Origin: an uncultured Anaerolineales bacterium
Lineage (GTDB): Bacteria > Chloroflexota > Anaerolineae > Anaerolineales > UBA11858
Length of the DNA: 63,412 bases
Reading direction: 5' to 3'
NCBI GenBank assembly: GCA_964644835.1
Contig: CAZXXW010000002.1
Location: 1-63,412 of the forward strand
Under the pieces are notes generated by a model. It did no database searches. It was not told the DNA's origin and worked only from the letters and a program-made list of their open reading frames with translations. Numbering within the stretch: the first letter of the stretch is position 1; every line of letters begins with the position of its first letter. Of this stretch, positions 38,155 to 48,092 are shown one piece after another. The position numbers were made by a program, and so were the translations under genes.

Positions 38155-38271
38155 GAAGAAAACTTAATCAACTCTGCCACGCTGCAATCACAGCCATTGG
38201 AGCAATAGCTTAGCGCGTTGTCACCAAGGACCGGGATTCAGTGGGGCGGAAAAATAAAGAGGTAAATACCA

Positions 38272-39912
38272 ATGAGTAAAAAATTACGAATTCTTCCCCT
38301 GGGGGGATTAGGGGAAGTCGGGAAAAACATGATGGTCTATGAGTATGGCGAGAATATCCTTGTCGTCGATACAGGCATCATGTTTCCTGAAAACGACATG
38401 TTAGGAATTGATTACATTATTCCCGACTTTGAATACCTATTATCCAACCGCGACAAAATTCGCGGCATTGTCATCACTCATGGACACGAAGATCACACTG
38501 GCGCGATCACCCATGTGATGGAGGAGATCGAGGCGCCGATTTATGCCACTCGCTTGACTCGCGGGTTGTTGGAGGTCAAGTTAGAGCGGGCCGGTTTGTT
38601 GAATCGCACCGAGTTGAACACGGTTCACGCCGGTGACACGATTCACGTTGGCCCCTTCCAGGTGGAGTTCTTTCATGTATGCCACTCCATCCCCGATACA
38701 GTCGGCCTGGGAATTACATCTCCGGCCGGCCTGGTTGTGCACACAACGGACTACAAATTTGATCCCACCCCCGTTGATGGCTGGCCAACCGATTTTGCCA
38801 AGCTGGCAGAATTTTCCAGCCGGGGCGTTCTGGCACTGTTGTCCGATTCAACCAACGCCGATAAGCCCGGCTGGACTCCTTCGGAGAAGGAGATCGTACC
38901 AGCCTTTGAAGATGTCTTCACCAATGCCCCAGGACGTATCCTCGTGGCTTCCTTCGCATCGCTGATCTCGCGAATGCAGCAAGTGGTCGATGCCACAGAT
39001 CGCCACGGGCGTAAGGTGGCCTTTGTCGGCTACAGCATGCGCAAAAATTCCAAGATGGCCAAAAAGTTGGGCTATCTGGATATCCCTGACGATGTCGAAG
39101 TCAGCCTGGATGAAGCCTTGAAGCTTCCCAGCGACGAGGTCGTTCTGATGTGCACCGGATCACAGGGGGAGCCCATGTCCATTATGGGACGGCTTGCCAC
39201 CGGAACCAACCGTCGCTTCGGACTAGAAGAGGATGATACCATTGTGCTCTCGGCTCATCCGATCCCCGGAAACGAAGAGGGTATCTACCGGACGATCAAC
39301 AGCCTGTTCCGCCGCGGCGCCAATGTGCTTTATGAGCCGCTCAAGTCGGTTCACGTCTCCGGCCACGCCAAACAGGATGAAATGACCCTCATGCTTCATC
39401 TGGTCAAACCCAAATATCTGATCCCCACCCACGGCGAATTGCGCCATCTCAAGCAACACGCCGTTATCGCTCGCGAAGCTGGCATGCCCCACGAGAACAT
39501 CAAGGTGATCGAAAACGGCCAAATTGTCGAGTTTGAGAACGGCCACGCAGAACTTGGCGACCGCATCCCCGGCAGCTACGTCTTCGTTGACGGCTCCCGC
39601 GTCGGAGAAGTGGGTCCCAGCGTGATGCGAGAGCGTGAGGCCTTGGCCAAAGACGGGGTCGTGCTGATCAGCCTGGTTCTGAATAAAAAGGGCAAACTGG
39701 TCGAGGATCCCGAAGTGATCACCCGCGGCTTTGTTTACAAATACGACGAATCCGCCGATGAACTGATGGACGACGTTCGCAAACACGCCATCAACGCTGT
39801 CAAACGCAGCAAAGGCGACATCTACGACCAGGTCGTCCAGACGGTGCGCTCATATCTTTATAGCAAGACCAAGAGCCGCCCGATGGTGCTGGTCACCCTG
39901 AATTGGGTCTAA
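38272..39912 (+). CDS. rnj: ribonuclease J
   Basis: LRILPLGGLGEVGKNM..ITHGHEDHTGA; beta-CASP and C-terminal domain. Confidence 0.95.
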   Translation: MSKKLRILPLGGLGEVGKNMMVYEYGENILVVDTGIMFPENDMLGIDYIIPDFEYLLSNRDKIRGIVITHGHEDHTGAITHVMEEIEAPIYATRLTRGLLEVKLERAGLLNRTELNTVHAGDTIHVGPFQVEFFHVCHSIPDTVGLGITSPAGLVVHTTDYKFDPTPVDGWPTDFAKLAEFSSRGVLALLSDSTNADKPGWTPSEKEIVPAFEDVFTNAPGRILVASFASLISRMQQVVDATDRHGRKVAFVGYSMRKNSKMAKKLGYLDIPDDVEVSLDEALKLPSDEVVLMCTGSQGEPMSIMGRLATGTNRRFGLEEDDTIVLSAHPIPGNEEGIYRTINSLFRRGANVLYEPLKSVHVSGHAKQDEMTLMLHLVKPKYLIPTHGELRHLKQHAVIAREAGMPHENIKVIENGQIVEFENGHAELGDRIPGSYVFVDGSRVGEVGPSVMREREALAKDGVVLISLVLNKKGKLVEDPEVITRGFVYKYDESADELMDDVRKHAINAVKRSKGDIYDQVVQTVRSYLYSKTKSRPMVLVTLNWV

Positions 39913-39937
39913 ACCAAAAATTCCACCGATAGAATCA

Positions 39938-39975
39938 AAAACTCCTGAGCGGTTAGGTGCTCAGGAGTTTTTTTA
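39938..39975. terminator. intrinsic terminator (rnj; usable from both strands)
   Basis: AAAACTCCTGAGC-ggttaggt-GCTCAGGAGTTTTTTT. Confidence 0.7.
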
Positions 39976-40042
39976 TTGTAAGCGTTCAGAATGTCACCGA
40001 ACTGAACGCTTAATTTTTATTTCAATCCTAACGCAATCGGCT

Positions 40043-40702
40043 TCATTCCGGCTCGCTCCAGCCTTCTTCTCCCAGCAGAGGAACAAAGGCGACTGCGGTG
40101 ACGGTCTCGTGATCGAATTCACCACCGTGGCGCTCCCACACTTGGAGCACCTGGCTGTAGCGCTTGCCAACCGGTAGCACCAACCGCCCGCCATCGACAA
40201 GCTGATCAAGTAAATTCTGAGGGACGCTGGGTGCCGCTGCGGTGACGATGATCGCATCGAAGGGGGCGTACTCAGGCAAGCCCAGGGTGCCATCCCCAAG
40301 GTGGAAGTGGATATTGTCGATTTCCAGGCCCTCGATTGTCGCTTGCGCCTGTGCGGAGAGTTCGGGATGCCGCTCGATGGTATGGACTTCCCGGGCCAGC
40401 TTCGCCAGGATGGCTGCCTGATACCCCGAGCCGGTACCAACTTCCAGGACGACCTCATCACCTTGCAACTTGAGCAAGTTGGTCATCAGGGCGACAATGT
40501 AGGGCTGCGAAATGGTTTGCCCCTTGTCGATGCGCATGGCCCCATCGGAATAGGCCCAGCGGCGGTTCTTCTCCGGCATGAAGAGATGGCGGGGAATCTC
40601 GCCCATCGCCTGGAGCAAATCGGGATCGGTGATCCCGCGTTGTTCAATCTGCTCCCGGACCATTTTCTGGCGTTCTTCTCGATAAGTTTTCTCTTGATTC
40701 AT
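40043..40702 (-). CDS. pcm: protein-L-isoaspartate O-methyltransferase
   Basis: GQTISQPYIVALM..VLEVGTGSGYQAA..PLLGEEG. Confidence 0.9.
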   Translation of the reverse strand: MNQEKTYREERQKMVREQIEQRGITDPDLLQAMGEIPRHLFMPEKNRRWAYSDGAMRIDKGQTISQPYIVALMTNLLKLQGDEVVLEVGTGSGYQAAILAKLAREVHTIERHPELSAQAQATIEGLEIDNIHFHLGDGTLGLPEYAPFDAIIVTAAAPSVPQNLLDQLVDGGRLVLPVGKRYSQVLQVWERHGGEFDHETVTAVAFVPLLGEEGWSEPE

Positions 40703-40735
40703 GGGCTGTCTTTCTGGTAGCGAATCAGTTACATA

Positions 40736-41788
40736 TCAATCAGCGAGCAAGTAAGCTAAAATCCAATTCGTGGTCGCCCGGAGGGCTTCTGTGTGGGTAC
40801 GCTCGTAATTGTGAGAGGCGTCCACGCCAGGGCCGATTAGGGCGACAGCGACATCGCCTCCGGCGCGCCAGTAGGCTTCTCCGTCGGAGCCGTAGTGCGG
40901 ATAAATGTCAACTTTGTGGGGGATGTCATGCTCTTCGGCCAGTTGGCGCAATCGCCGGTTGAGGCCGTGATGATAGGGCCCGCCGGAATCTTTGACGCAC
41001 AAGGTAGCGTGAAACTCGTCCGATGTTTGGCCATCGCCAATGGCGGCCATATCGACGGCGACGAGTTCGGCCAAGTCATCGGGGAATCCGGTCGCGGCGC
41101 CGTGCCCCACCTCTTCGTAATTGCTGATCAAGATCGTCGTTCGCTGGGCCGGTATCAGCCCGGCGTCGTGCATCGCCTTGACCGCGGCGACGATGTTGGC
41201 GACGCAGGCTTTATCATCGAGGTGGCGGGAACGCACGAAGCCCGCGATCACTTCGACGCGCGGGTCAAAGGCGACAAAATCGCCTACACCGATTCCCAGG
41301 TCACGGGTTTCGTCGGCCGAGGTGGTCCGGGCGTCGAGACGAACTTCCATATTGTCGTCATCACGGGCGGTCTCGCCGACATCCTTGCCGTAGACGTGTA
41401 CCGAGGCTTTGGCCAGCAAGAGGGAGCCGCGTACCGTAGAATCGTCACGAAGAAACACGGTGCAGCCTTCTCCCTCGACCGTGTTCCAGGGGAAGCCGCC
41501 GATTTTGGTCAGCTTGAGCCGCCCGTTGGACTTGATTTCTTTGACCATCGCGCCCAACGTGTCGGCGTGAGCGGTTAACGCTCGCGGCGAGTCGTGCCGT
41601 TCTCCGGGCCAGGTAGCGACCAGGGCGCCCTTACGGGTGCGGGACAGCTCCAAAAACGGGAACCTACTCAAAGCCTGTTCGGTGTATCCGATGGCATCAT
41701 CGGTAAATCCCGTTGGGCTGGGGGTGTTCAACAAGCCGGTCAAAAATTCGAGCATAAAGGAAGGATCAATAGCAGGGAGTTGTTTCAT
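40736..41788 (-). CDS. M42-family metallopeptidase
   Basis: LLNTPSPTGF..HADTLG..SRHLDDKA..NYEEVGHGA..; about 350 aa. Confidence 0.8.
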   Translation of the reverse strand: MKQLPAIDPSFMLEFLTGLLNTPSPTGFTDDAIGYTEQALSRFPFLELSRTRKGALVATWPGERHDSPRALTAHADTLGAMVKEIKSNGRLKLTKIGGFPWNTVEGEGCTVFLRDDSTVRGSLLLAKASVHVYGKDVGETARDDDNMEVRLDARTTSADETRDLGIGVGDFVAFDPRVEVIAGFVRSRHLDDKACVANIVAAVKAMHDAGLIPAQRTTILISNYEEVGHGAATGFPDDLAELVAVDMAAIGDGQTSDEFHATLCVKDSGGPYHHGLNRRLRQLAEEHDIPHKVDIYPHYGSDGEAYWRAGGDVAVALIGPGVDASHNYERTHTEALRATTNWILAYLLAD

Positions 41789-41955
41789 GTCGTTGGTTCC
41801 TCTTCAAAGGATGAAGAAAAGTTTGCGGTTTTATCTTCCAAATAAGCAAAAGCGAAAAGTGTAGATAAGCTGATTATACCCCGCAAAAGAGGGAAAATTG
41901 GAGAGAATAATCCCTTCTTTACGTTTTCACCCTTCCGCATTAGAATTGTGCCACT

Positions 41956-42999
41956 ATGAATGATGAACTGAAAGAAACCCAACCGACAAAAATAACCCCT
42001 CCTCAGGGAGAGACAAGTCCGGTTCACGTCGCCTCAACCGTCGAAAAGCCGGTTGCTAAAAAGCGCAAACGCCGCGGCTGGCTCTGGATCGGCGGCGCGC
42101 TGCTGGCCGCCTTTCTCGTGCTTGGTATCAGCGCGCTGCTGGGGTATCAACAAGGGATCAAACAGCGCACAGCCTTAGAACAAGATCAAGTCCAGCTCGC
42201 CGTCGCAGAGCAATTTGAACTGGGCATCCAGGACATGGAAGCCGGTCGCTACGAGGTAGCCCGCCAGCGTTTCGAATATGTGATCAACTTGGCTCCTGAT
42301 TATCCCGGCATCACCGATAAACTCGCCCAGGTTTTGATTATTTTGAACGCAACGGCCACGCCGACTCCCGCGCCGCTTCCAACCGCCGTCGAAGCCACGC
42401 CCACCCCCGATTTGCGCGCCGACGAAGAACTCTTCACCCAGGCCGAAGCCTATCTTGCCAATGAAGAATGGGGCCTGACCATTCAAACCCTGGAGCAACT
42501 GCGTAAGAACAATCCCGATTATCGTTCTGTGGACATCGACGGGATGCTCTACATCGCCCTGCGGCAGCGCGGCATCAAAAAGATCGGGCTGGGCAACCTG
42601 GAGGGCGGCATCTATGATCTCACGCTAGCCGAGCGCTTTGGCGTTCTGGACACCGAGGCCGACAGCTGGCGAGTGTGGGCGCGCCAATACATCACCGGAG
42701 CGAGCTACTGGGACGTCAACTGGCCTAAAGCGATCGAATATTTCGAGCAAATTGCTGCTACGACCCCCAACCTCCACGACGGCACCGGCTGGTCCGCTTC
42801 CCAGCGGTATGTCGACGCGCTGGTCGGCTACGCCGAATCTCTGGAACTAAACGCCCAATGGTGCGAAGCGGATGAAGTCTATCAAAAAGCCTACGAATAT
42901 ACCGGCGACCCTAAATTTCAGGAACAAATCGAACAAGCTCAAGAAAATTGTAGTGGAGAGGATAGCGGCGAGGAAGAAAACGAAGACGGGGAAGAATGA
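41956..42999 (+). CDS. hypothetical membrane-anchored protein with TPR-like helical repeats and acidic tail
   Basis: One TM helix (WLWIGGALLAAFLVLGISALLGY), a TPTPAPLPTAVEATPTP linker, and an ..EDSGEEENEDGEE end. Confidence 0.7.
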   Translation: MNDELKETQPTKITPPQGETSPVHVASTVEKPVAKKRKRRGWLWIGGALLAAFLVLGISALLGYQQGIKQRTALEQDQVQLAVAEQFELGIQDMEAGRYEVARQRFEYVINLAPDYPGITDKLAQVLIILNATATPTPAPLPTAVEATPTPDLRADEELFTQAEAYLANEEWGLTIQTLEQLRKNNPDYRSVDIDGMLYIALRQRGIKKIGLGNLEGGIYDLTLAERFGVLDTEADSWRVWARQYITGASYWDVNWPKAIEYFEQIAATTPNLHDGTGWSASQRYVDALVGYAESLELNAQWCEADEVYQKAYEYTGDPKFQEQIEQAQENCSGEDSGEEENEDGEE

Positions 43000-43037
43000 T
43001 CTCCCATGCGACAGGGAGAATCCAACCCACTCATAGA

Positions 43038-43068
43038 GGGCACCGTTGATGAGACGGTGCCTTTTTTG
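43038..43068 (+). terminator. intrinsic terminator
   Basis: GGGCACCG-ttgatgaga-CGGTGCC followed by TTTTTTG. Confidence 0.7.
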
Positions 43069-43235
43069 TTGGCGCGTCCCTTGTTGGTCGCAAACTGTGG
43101 GGTGTGGGGTATAATTTTTCTGCTGATCATCGGGATTCCCTTTTTCTTGTGCTATCTCATCCTGATGTTCACGGTGTTGAGCGAAAACATCGGCACAACA
43201 TTCTAATCGAACCCTTTGCTGGCATTATCTGAACG

Positions 43236-44816
43236 ATGAGTTTCTGGAGCCACATCAAAACGCTCTGGCGTGAGCATATCCTGAAGTCAGTATCACGCTC
43301 CGGCCAAAACCGCTGGAGCATTTTCCTGGTTTTGAGTGGGTTGATCTATCTGGGGTGGACGCTCTTTTTTCCCCTGCACACCTATTACCGGGTGATTCCC
43401 CCGATCGACTATACCAAGCGGACGAACTATTCGGGCTTCGGTTTTGTCGCCTATATCGTCGCCGTCCTGGTTTTGTTTGCCCTCTACATTGGCGCTCTGC
43501 GTCCAATCAGTGGGGCGAAACAGGGGCAGATAAGCTTCGAGACGATCTTCTGGGGCGGCGTTTCCATGGCCGTGATCCTGGTGTTTTCCTACCCCCAAAC
43601 CGCAATTGATCTTCTCGTCTACGCCCTGCGGACGCGCGGCTGGGCGCGTTATGGCCTTTCCCCCTTTTCCGCCGCTCCGGAGGTGATGCCCGCCTCTGAC
43701 CCCTGGCTGGGGCTGGCCGGGGAGTGGGCCGACGCGGCCTCACCCTACGGCCCGGTCTGGGAATGGCTCTCTCTTGGGGCGTATCATCTCAGCGGCGGAA
43801 GCTATCTCGCTCATTTGTTCAGCCTCAAAATCCTGGCCCTGTTGGCCTACGCCGGGAGTGTCTGGCTGGTTTACCGGATTCTGGATTTGATCCGTCCAAG
43901 ATGGGCTATCCTGGGCAGCGCCTTCTTCGCCTGGAATCCGCTGGTGCTGCTCGAAAGCGTCCAGAACGGCCATAACGACATCGTTATGGTCTTCTTCCTG
44001 TTGGTTGCTGTCTGGTCGTTTGTAACGTTGATCAAGAGAACAAAAAAACATCCCAAAATGCTTTTCGAGTTCATCTTCGTACTCGGCTTTGCCGCCGCGA
44101 TCCTGGTCAAGTTCATCCCCGTGGTGGTGTTGCCGTTTTTCTTGTTCGCTCTGGCCTGGCGACGACACAGTTGGCCCCGGCGGATTGGGATATTCGTGAC
44201 TCGCGGGATGGCAATCGCCCTGATCGTGATTCTGGCGATGCTGCCCTATTGGCTGCAAATGGATAAATGGGCTCTGCTGCACGCGAGCAAATCAGCCGGG
44301 CGCTCCCTGATTGCCCTGCTGGTCTTGGCCCTGCGGTCTCACCTGGGCACAAATCCGGCTTTTGATGTGGCCAACACACTAGTGTACTTGATCATGGGAG
44401 GAATCTACTTGACATCGTTTCTATACCTGTGGAAGCAACTCATCACCAGCCGCGACAGCCAATCGAGGCCGGCCGCCAGTTTTGAGGCGACCATCTCGGC
44501 TGCGGTGAGCGTGTTTTTCTGGTATGTCTTGCTGGGAGCGTCCACCTTCCACGCCTGGTATTTGCTCTGGTTCTTGCCCCTGGCAGCGCTGCTCGTCCCT
44601 CGTCTGCGCACCACCAGCGCGGCGGTGGTGGTTTCACTGGCGGCTTTGCTCGTGATTCCCTATTACGAGACCGTCCGGGTCTGGTTCCCGATCCTGCTTC
44701 AGAAACAAGTCCTCGGCCACATCTTCGGTGTATCGCTTTTGCTCATCCCCTCTATGCTGGCCTGGTTTCGACCGTTCAACATCTTAGAAGTCGATCAAAT
44801 CCCACTTCAAGATTGA
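43236..44816 (+). CDS. polytopic membrane protein, GT-C-like glycosyltransferase (DUF2029/GT87-like, tentative)
   Basis: More than 12 hydrophobic helices; loop motifs typical of GT-C enzymes judged only by eye. Confidence 0.65.
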   Translation: MSFWSHIKTLWREHILKSVSRSGQNRWSIFLVLSGLIYLGWTLFFPLHTYYRVIPPIDYTKRTNYSGFGFVAYIVAVLVLFALYIGALRPISGAKQGQISFETIFWGGVSMAVILVFSYPQTAIDLLVYALRTRGWARYGLSPFSAAPEVMPASDPWLGLAGEWADAASPYGPVWEWLSLGAYHLSGGSYLAHLFSLKILALLAYAGSVWLVYRILDLIRPRWAILGSAFFAWNPLVLLESVQNGHNDIVMVFFLLVAVWSFVTLIKRTKKHPKMLFEFIFVLGFAAAILVKFIPVVVLPFFLFALAWRRHSWPRRIGIFVTRGMAIALIVILAMLPYWLQMDKWALLHASKSAGRSLIALLVLALRSHLGTNPAFDVANTLVYLIMGGIYLTSFLYLWKQLITSRDSQSRPAASFEATISAAVSVFFWYVLLGASTFHAWYLLWFLPLAALLVPRLRTTSAAVVVSLAALLVIPYYETVRVWFPILLQKQVLGHIFGVSLLLIPSMLAWFRPFNILEVDQIPLQD

Positions 44817-44925
44817 ACTCGGTTCAAGTTGCTCTGTGAATTCTCTCCATAAGCATATCGATTAGGACACCAATCCGCTGTGCTTCGCGGCCAACTACGA
44901 GCCACCACGGTGTGATCTTTACAAC

Positions 44926-45312
44926 CTAATCAAACGATTTTCGACCCTCTTCGACAAACGCCAGGATCTCTTGTTTCGATTTCTCTACCGTACATCCATG
45001 AAAATGGAACGCGAATTACGCGGATTCAACCGATGTTCGCAGATAAAACAAGAAAAAAATCTGTGAAAATCTGCTTGATTCGCGTCATCTGCGGTCTATT
45101 TGTGAGCTACAGGATATAAATGTACGGTAGCAAAGTTTCGATAAGTTTAGGTCTATCCCTTCAACATCTCAGGGGGATTTTGTGCTTGGCAAAGGACTAA
45201 TCACAAAAACTTGACCAGCTCTACGTTTCACTCTCACTTCGCCATCTTTTGCAACCTGATCGAGCAAGGAAGCTAAATTCTGGCGAGCTTCTTTTTCCGT
45301 GTAAACCCTCAT
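44926..45312 (-). pseudogene. decayed Phd/YefM-type antitoxin gene (in-frame TGA plus MITE insertion)
   Basis: AAGGAG RBS then ATG at 45312: MRVYTEKEARQNLASLLDQVAKDGEVRVKRRAGQVFVISPLPSTKSP*(TGA 45171-45169). The frame continues DVEGIDLNLSK, then [element 44981-45134], then QEILAFVEEGRKSFD* (TAG 44928-44926). Confidence 0.55.
44981..45134. mobile_element. MITE-like element, family 3, with 8-bp target-site duplication
   Basis: Perfect 11-bp TIR CTACCGTACAT (44985-44995) / ATGTACGGTAG (45120-45130). Direct GTTTCGAT at 44973-44980 and 45135-45142. Removing it restores one reading frame. Confidence 0.65.
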
Positions 45313-45403
45313 GGTCACTCCTTTTAATCCGTGTTCATCCTATTCATCTGTGGTTAGCATTTCTCCGTCGCTTCCCGTCAGTCAAATTCATTCAACTTTA
45401 ACG

Positions 45404-46894
45404 TCAAGGCCGGCTTATCAACAGTTGCGTAGGGTTGTTGGGATTGAAGTGATAGATGCTCCGCCCAGGGAAATGATCGGCAAGATCAGAATGGGCGTCG
45501 TCATCCCCTGAAGCCCAGTAGAAGAGGAAGGGCGTCGTCAGTTGGGGGTCTTGCAAATGGAGCAACGCGCCATACTCTTTCCATTCTTCGGTATCAACAA
45601 GAATCAAGGCGGGCGTTTTCGCTCCGGACGCGGCCGCCTGGAACGCTTCCAGGTCGGCTCGGTGGAAGCCGTAGCGCTCCTGAATGGCGTTCAACCGGGC
45701 GGGCGTGTAGAACACGGCGCTGATGATCAAACCCAGGCCAAACAACCCGAGGACAAGCATCTGCCGGAGCCGCGGCTTGAGCAAGCCAATTTCGTTGGAG
45801 GGGGTGAACCAGCCCGCCAACCAGGCAATTCCCGCTGCGCTCAAGAGGGTCAAACTGTAAAGCCCTTCGTAGAAATAGCGCGGACCCGAGACCCAATAGG
45901 CGATATAAACCAACACAAGCGCAGGAAAGACACTGGCCAGCAGCCACACTTTGCGGCGACGGCGCAGCTTCCAGAGGCCCAGCAAGGGTAACAACCAGCC
46001 GAGCTGGCCCCAGCCGAACAGATCTCGCCCAGCGAGAATCAAGCTGTGGCGCGTGTTGAGCCAGCCTTGTCTCAGCGTGTGGCCCATCTCGCGGGGGCCG
46101 TGTCGGAGGCCAAAGCCCACCCGGTCATAGCGCCACCAGAGTGTGTAGGGATTGGTCAGCGCGTCGCCAGTTAGGACATATTGCCACAAAAAGTGCAGAC
46201 TGGCGATCGCGGCGGCAATCAGCCCGATGGAAATAATTCGCTTACGGACAGATAGAGAGCTGCGCCAAAGCCGGATGAGGCCATCGACGCCAAAGGGTAG
46301 CGCCACGCCGAAGGCCGTCCAGGGGCGGGTCAGAGCCAGCAGCCCTAGGCTGAATCCCGCGCCGAGGGTCGGCAGCCAACGTCGAGTGAGCTTCTGTTCG
46401 TCCACGGCATCCAGCCAGGCGAGGGCGAAGAACAGACTGAGCACCAGTCCCAAGGTGTGGGAGAGCAGCGATCCGGTGTAGGTCAAGAACAACGGGGAAG
46501 CAACGCTCAGAGCAGCGGCCAGCAGGCCGATTCTATCTCTCAAAAGTTTTTGTCCCAATCGGAAGGTCAGCCAGACGGCCAGCCCGGCCAGCAGCGGATT
46601 GACCAGCCACCGAGCGCCCACGATCACGCCGAGCGAGAGCACCACCGGCCAGCCGAGGGGATATTTGCCAAAGCGGTGCCCCTGGTAATCGATCACGAAG
46701 GGAATGAATAATCCCTCCGCTTCGGGCGGGGAGGGCGTACTAATTTGGCCGTCGGCGATCAGGCGGGCTTGCCACAAGTAGGCGTATTCATCTTCGAGTT
46801 GGGCCAGCCCCTCGTTGACCCCCAGGGCAACCCAGGTTGAGAACAGAACGGCTAAGGTGGATAAAATCAGGGCGATTTTTTCGGACCGGGCCAT
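45404..46894 (-). CDS. GT39/ArnT-PMT-like membrane glycosyltransferase
   Basis: ATG at 46894 (MARSEKIALILSTLAVLF..DEYAYLWQA..). Polytopic with a soluble C-terminal domain. Confidence 0.8.
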   Translation of the reverse strand: MARSEKIALILSTLAVLFSTWVALGVNEGLAQLEDEYAYLWQARLIADGQISTPSPPEAEGLFIPFVIDYQGHRFGKYPLGWPVVLSLGVIVGARWLVNPLLAGLAVWLTFRLGQKLLRDRIGLLAAALSVASPLFLTYTGSLLSHTLGLVLSLFFALAWLDAVDEQKLTRRWLPTLGAGFSLGLLALTRPWTAFGVALPFGVDGLIRLWRSSLSVRKRIISIGLIAAAIASLHFLWQYVLTGDALTNPYTLWWRYDRVGFGLRHGPREMGHTLRQGWLNTRHSLILAGRDLFGWGQLGWLLPLLGLWKLRRRRKVWLLASVFPALVLVYIAYWVSGPRYFYEGLYSLTLLSAAGIAWLAGWFTPSNEIGLLKPRLRQMLVLGLFGLGLIISAVFYTPARLNAIQERYGFHRADLEAFQAAASGAKTPALILVDTEEWKEYGALLHLQDPQLTTPFLFYWASGDDDAHSDLADHFPGRSIYHFNPNNPTQLLISRP

Positions 46895-46913
46895 GAAAAT
46901 CCCCCCTTGTGAC

Positions 46914-47906
46914 TCAGGCTTCGATGGCCTGGAGCGCTTCCAACGTTGCGGCGTGGAGATGGTCGTTGGTGGCACAAACGCCGCGGTTGTTCGCCAGGGT
47001 GCGCCCGGCGGTGAAATCGAGCGGTTTGCCATCCAGATCGGTGACGCGCCCGCCCGATTCGATGGTGATCAAGGCGCCTGCGGCCTGATCCCAGATTTTT
47101 TCGCGGTAGTTGGGGCGGCTGGGCGAGAGCAGGCGCAGGTACACTTCGGCTTCTCCAGCGGCCAGGACAGCGTATTTGGCCTGGCTGTCCATGCGAACGG
47201 GATTGGCTTCGATGCCCATTTCGTCGGCGAGCAAATCGATTTGGTTGACGTTGGTATGGCCGGATTCGAAAGAGCGCAGCAGCCGGGCCTGGGTGGAATC
47301 GCTCTGTTCCGAGACGTGGAGGCGTTGAAAATGGGATTCAGCTTCCAGCGGGGTGAACCAGGCTCCCTCTCCCCGGCTGGCGACCAGGATGGAGCCGTGA
47401 CCGCCGACTTCGGGGCGGTAGCCATCGCTGAGGTTGGGGCATCCCAAGACGCCAACTTGGAGCTGGCCGTCGATGATCAGAGCCAGGGCGATGGCGTACT
47501 GATCGCCGCGCAAAAACCCTTTGGTGCCGTCGACCGGGTCGAGGGTCCAGAAGCGGTTGGCCGCTTGGCCTGCGCCGCGGTCGATCCAGCGGGATACGGT
47601 TTCGGGCGCGGCACCGTCGGTGAAGCGTCCGACGAATTGAGTCACCCGGCTGAGGGTTTCTTCTTCCTCGGGGGTTTGCAGCACAGCGGAGTCTTCTTCT
47701 CCGATGAGGGGATCGTTGGGAAAGGTTTCGGTGATCAAGTAGCCGATCAGAGCCTGGGCAGCGAAATCGGCCACGGTGACCGGGTAGCGGTCGTCTTTAG
47801 TCAGTGCTGGCGAGACCATCTCCGCCTGGACTTGCTTGGTCAGGAGCGAGGCCTGGCGAACGGCGTCCAGGGCGAATTGGATCTCAGGATTGTTGAGGTT
47901 GAGCAT
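46914..47906 (-). CDS. cysQ: 3'(2'),5'-bisphosphate nucleotidase (inositol monophosphatase superfamily)
   Basis: IGEED..WTLDPVDGTKGFLRGDQYA..WDQAAG. Confidence 0.8.
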   Translation of the reverse strand: MLNLNNPEIQFALDAVRQASLLTKQVQAEMVSPALTKDDRYPVTVADFAAQALIGYLITETFPNDPLIGEEDSAVLQTPEEEETLSRVTQFVGRFTDGAAPETVSRWIDRGAGQAANRFWTLDPVDGTKGFLRGDQYAIALALIIDGQLQVGVLGCPNLSDGYRPEVGGHGSILVASRGEGAWFTPLEAESHFQRLHVSEQSDSTQARLLRSFESGHTNVNQIDLLADEMGIEANPVRMDSQAKYAVLAAGEAEVYLRLLSPSRPNYREKIWDQAAGALITIESGGRVTDLDGKPLDFTAGRTLANNRGVCATNDHLHAATLEALQAIEA

Positions 47907-47950
47907 GGATTCTCCGAAGATTTAGATTTGATTCTTTATGTTTCTCAATA

Positions 47951-48092
47951 ACAGTACTTACGCACATGAAGCCTAATTTACCGCCGAAACACAGAGAACG
48001 CTGAGAAAAACATTGTTTTGTCTCTTTTTTCCCAAAATCTCTGCGCACTCCGCGCCCCAGCGGTGATTTTTATATGAACTGCGTAACTCCTA
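47951..48092. mobile_element. MITE-like element, family 1, copy B
   Basis: TIRs AGTACTTACGCA / TGCGTAACTCC, flanked by direct TCAATA (47945-47950 and 48093-48098). Aligns with 12168..12328 apart from a roughly 19-nt internal deletion. Confidence 0.6.

Noticed and set aside
43006-43206. 66-aa hydrophobic ORF after the TPR-like gene.
   Set aside because: A strong intrinsic terminator (43038-43068) lies inside it and there is no RBS. It is probably non-coding spacer.
46815-47951. 378-aa plus-strand ORF opposite the cysQ-like gene.
   Set aside because: Antisense artefact with a G/A/V-rich translation. The sense frame has DPVDGT/WDQAAG motifs.
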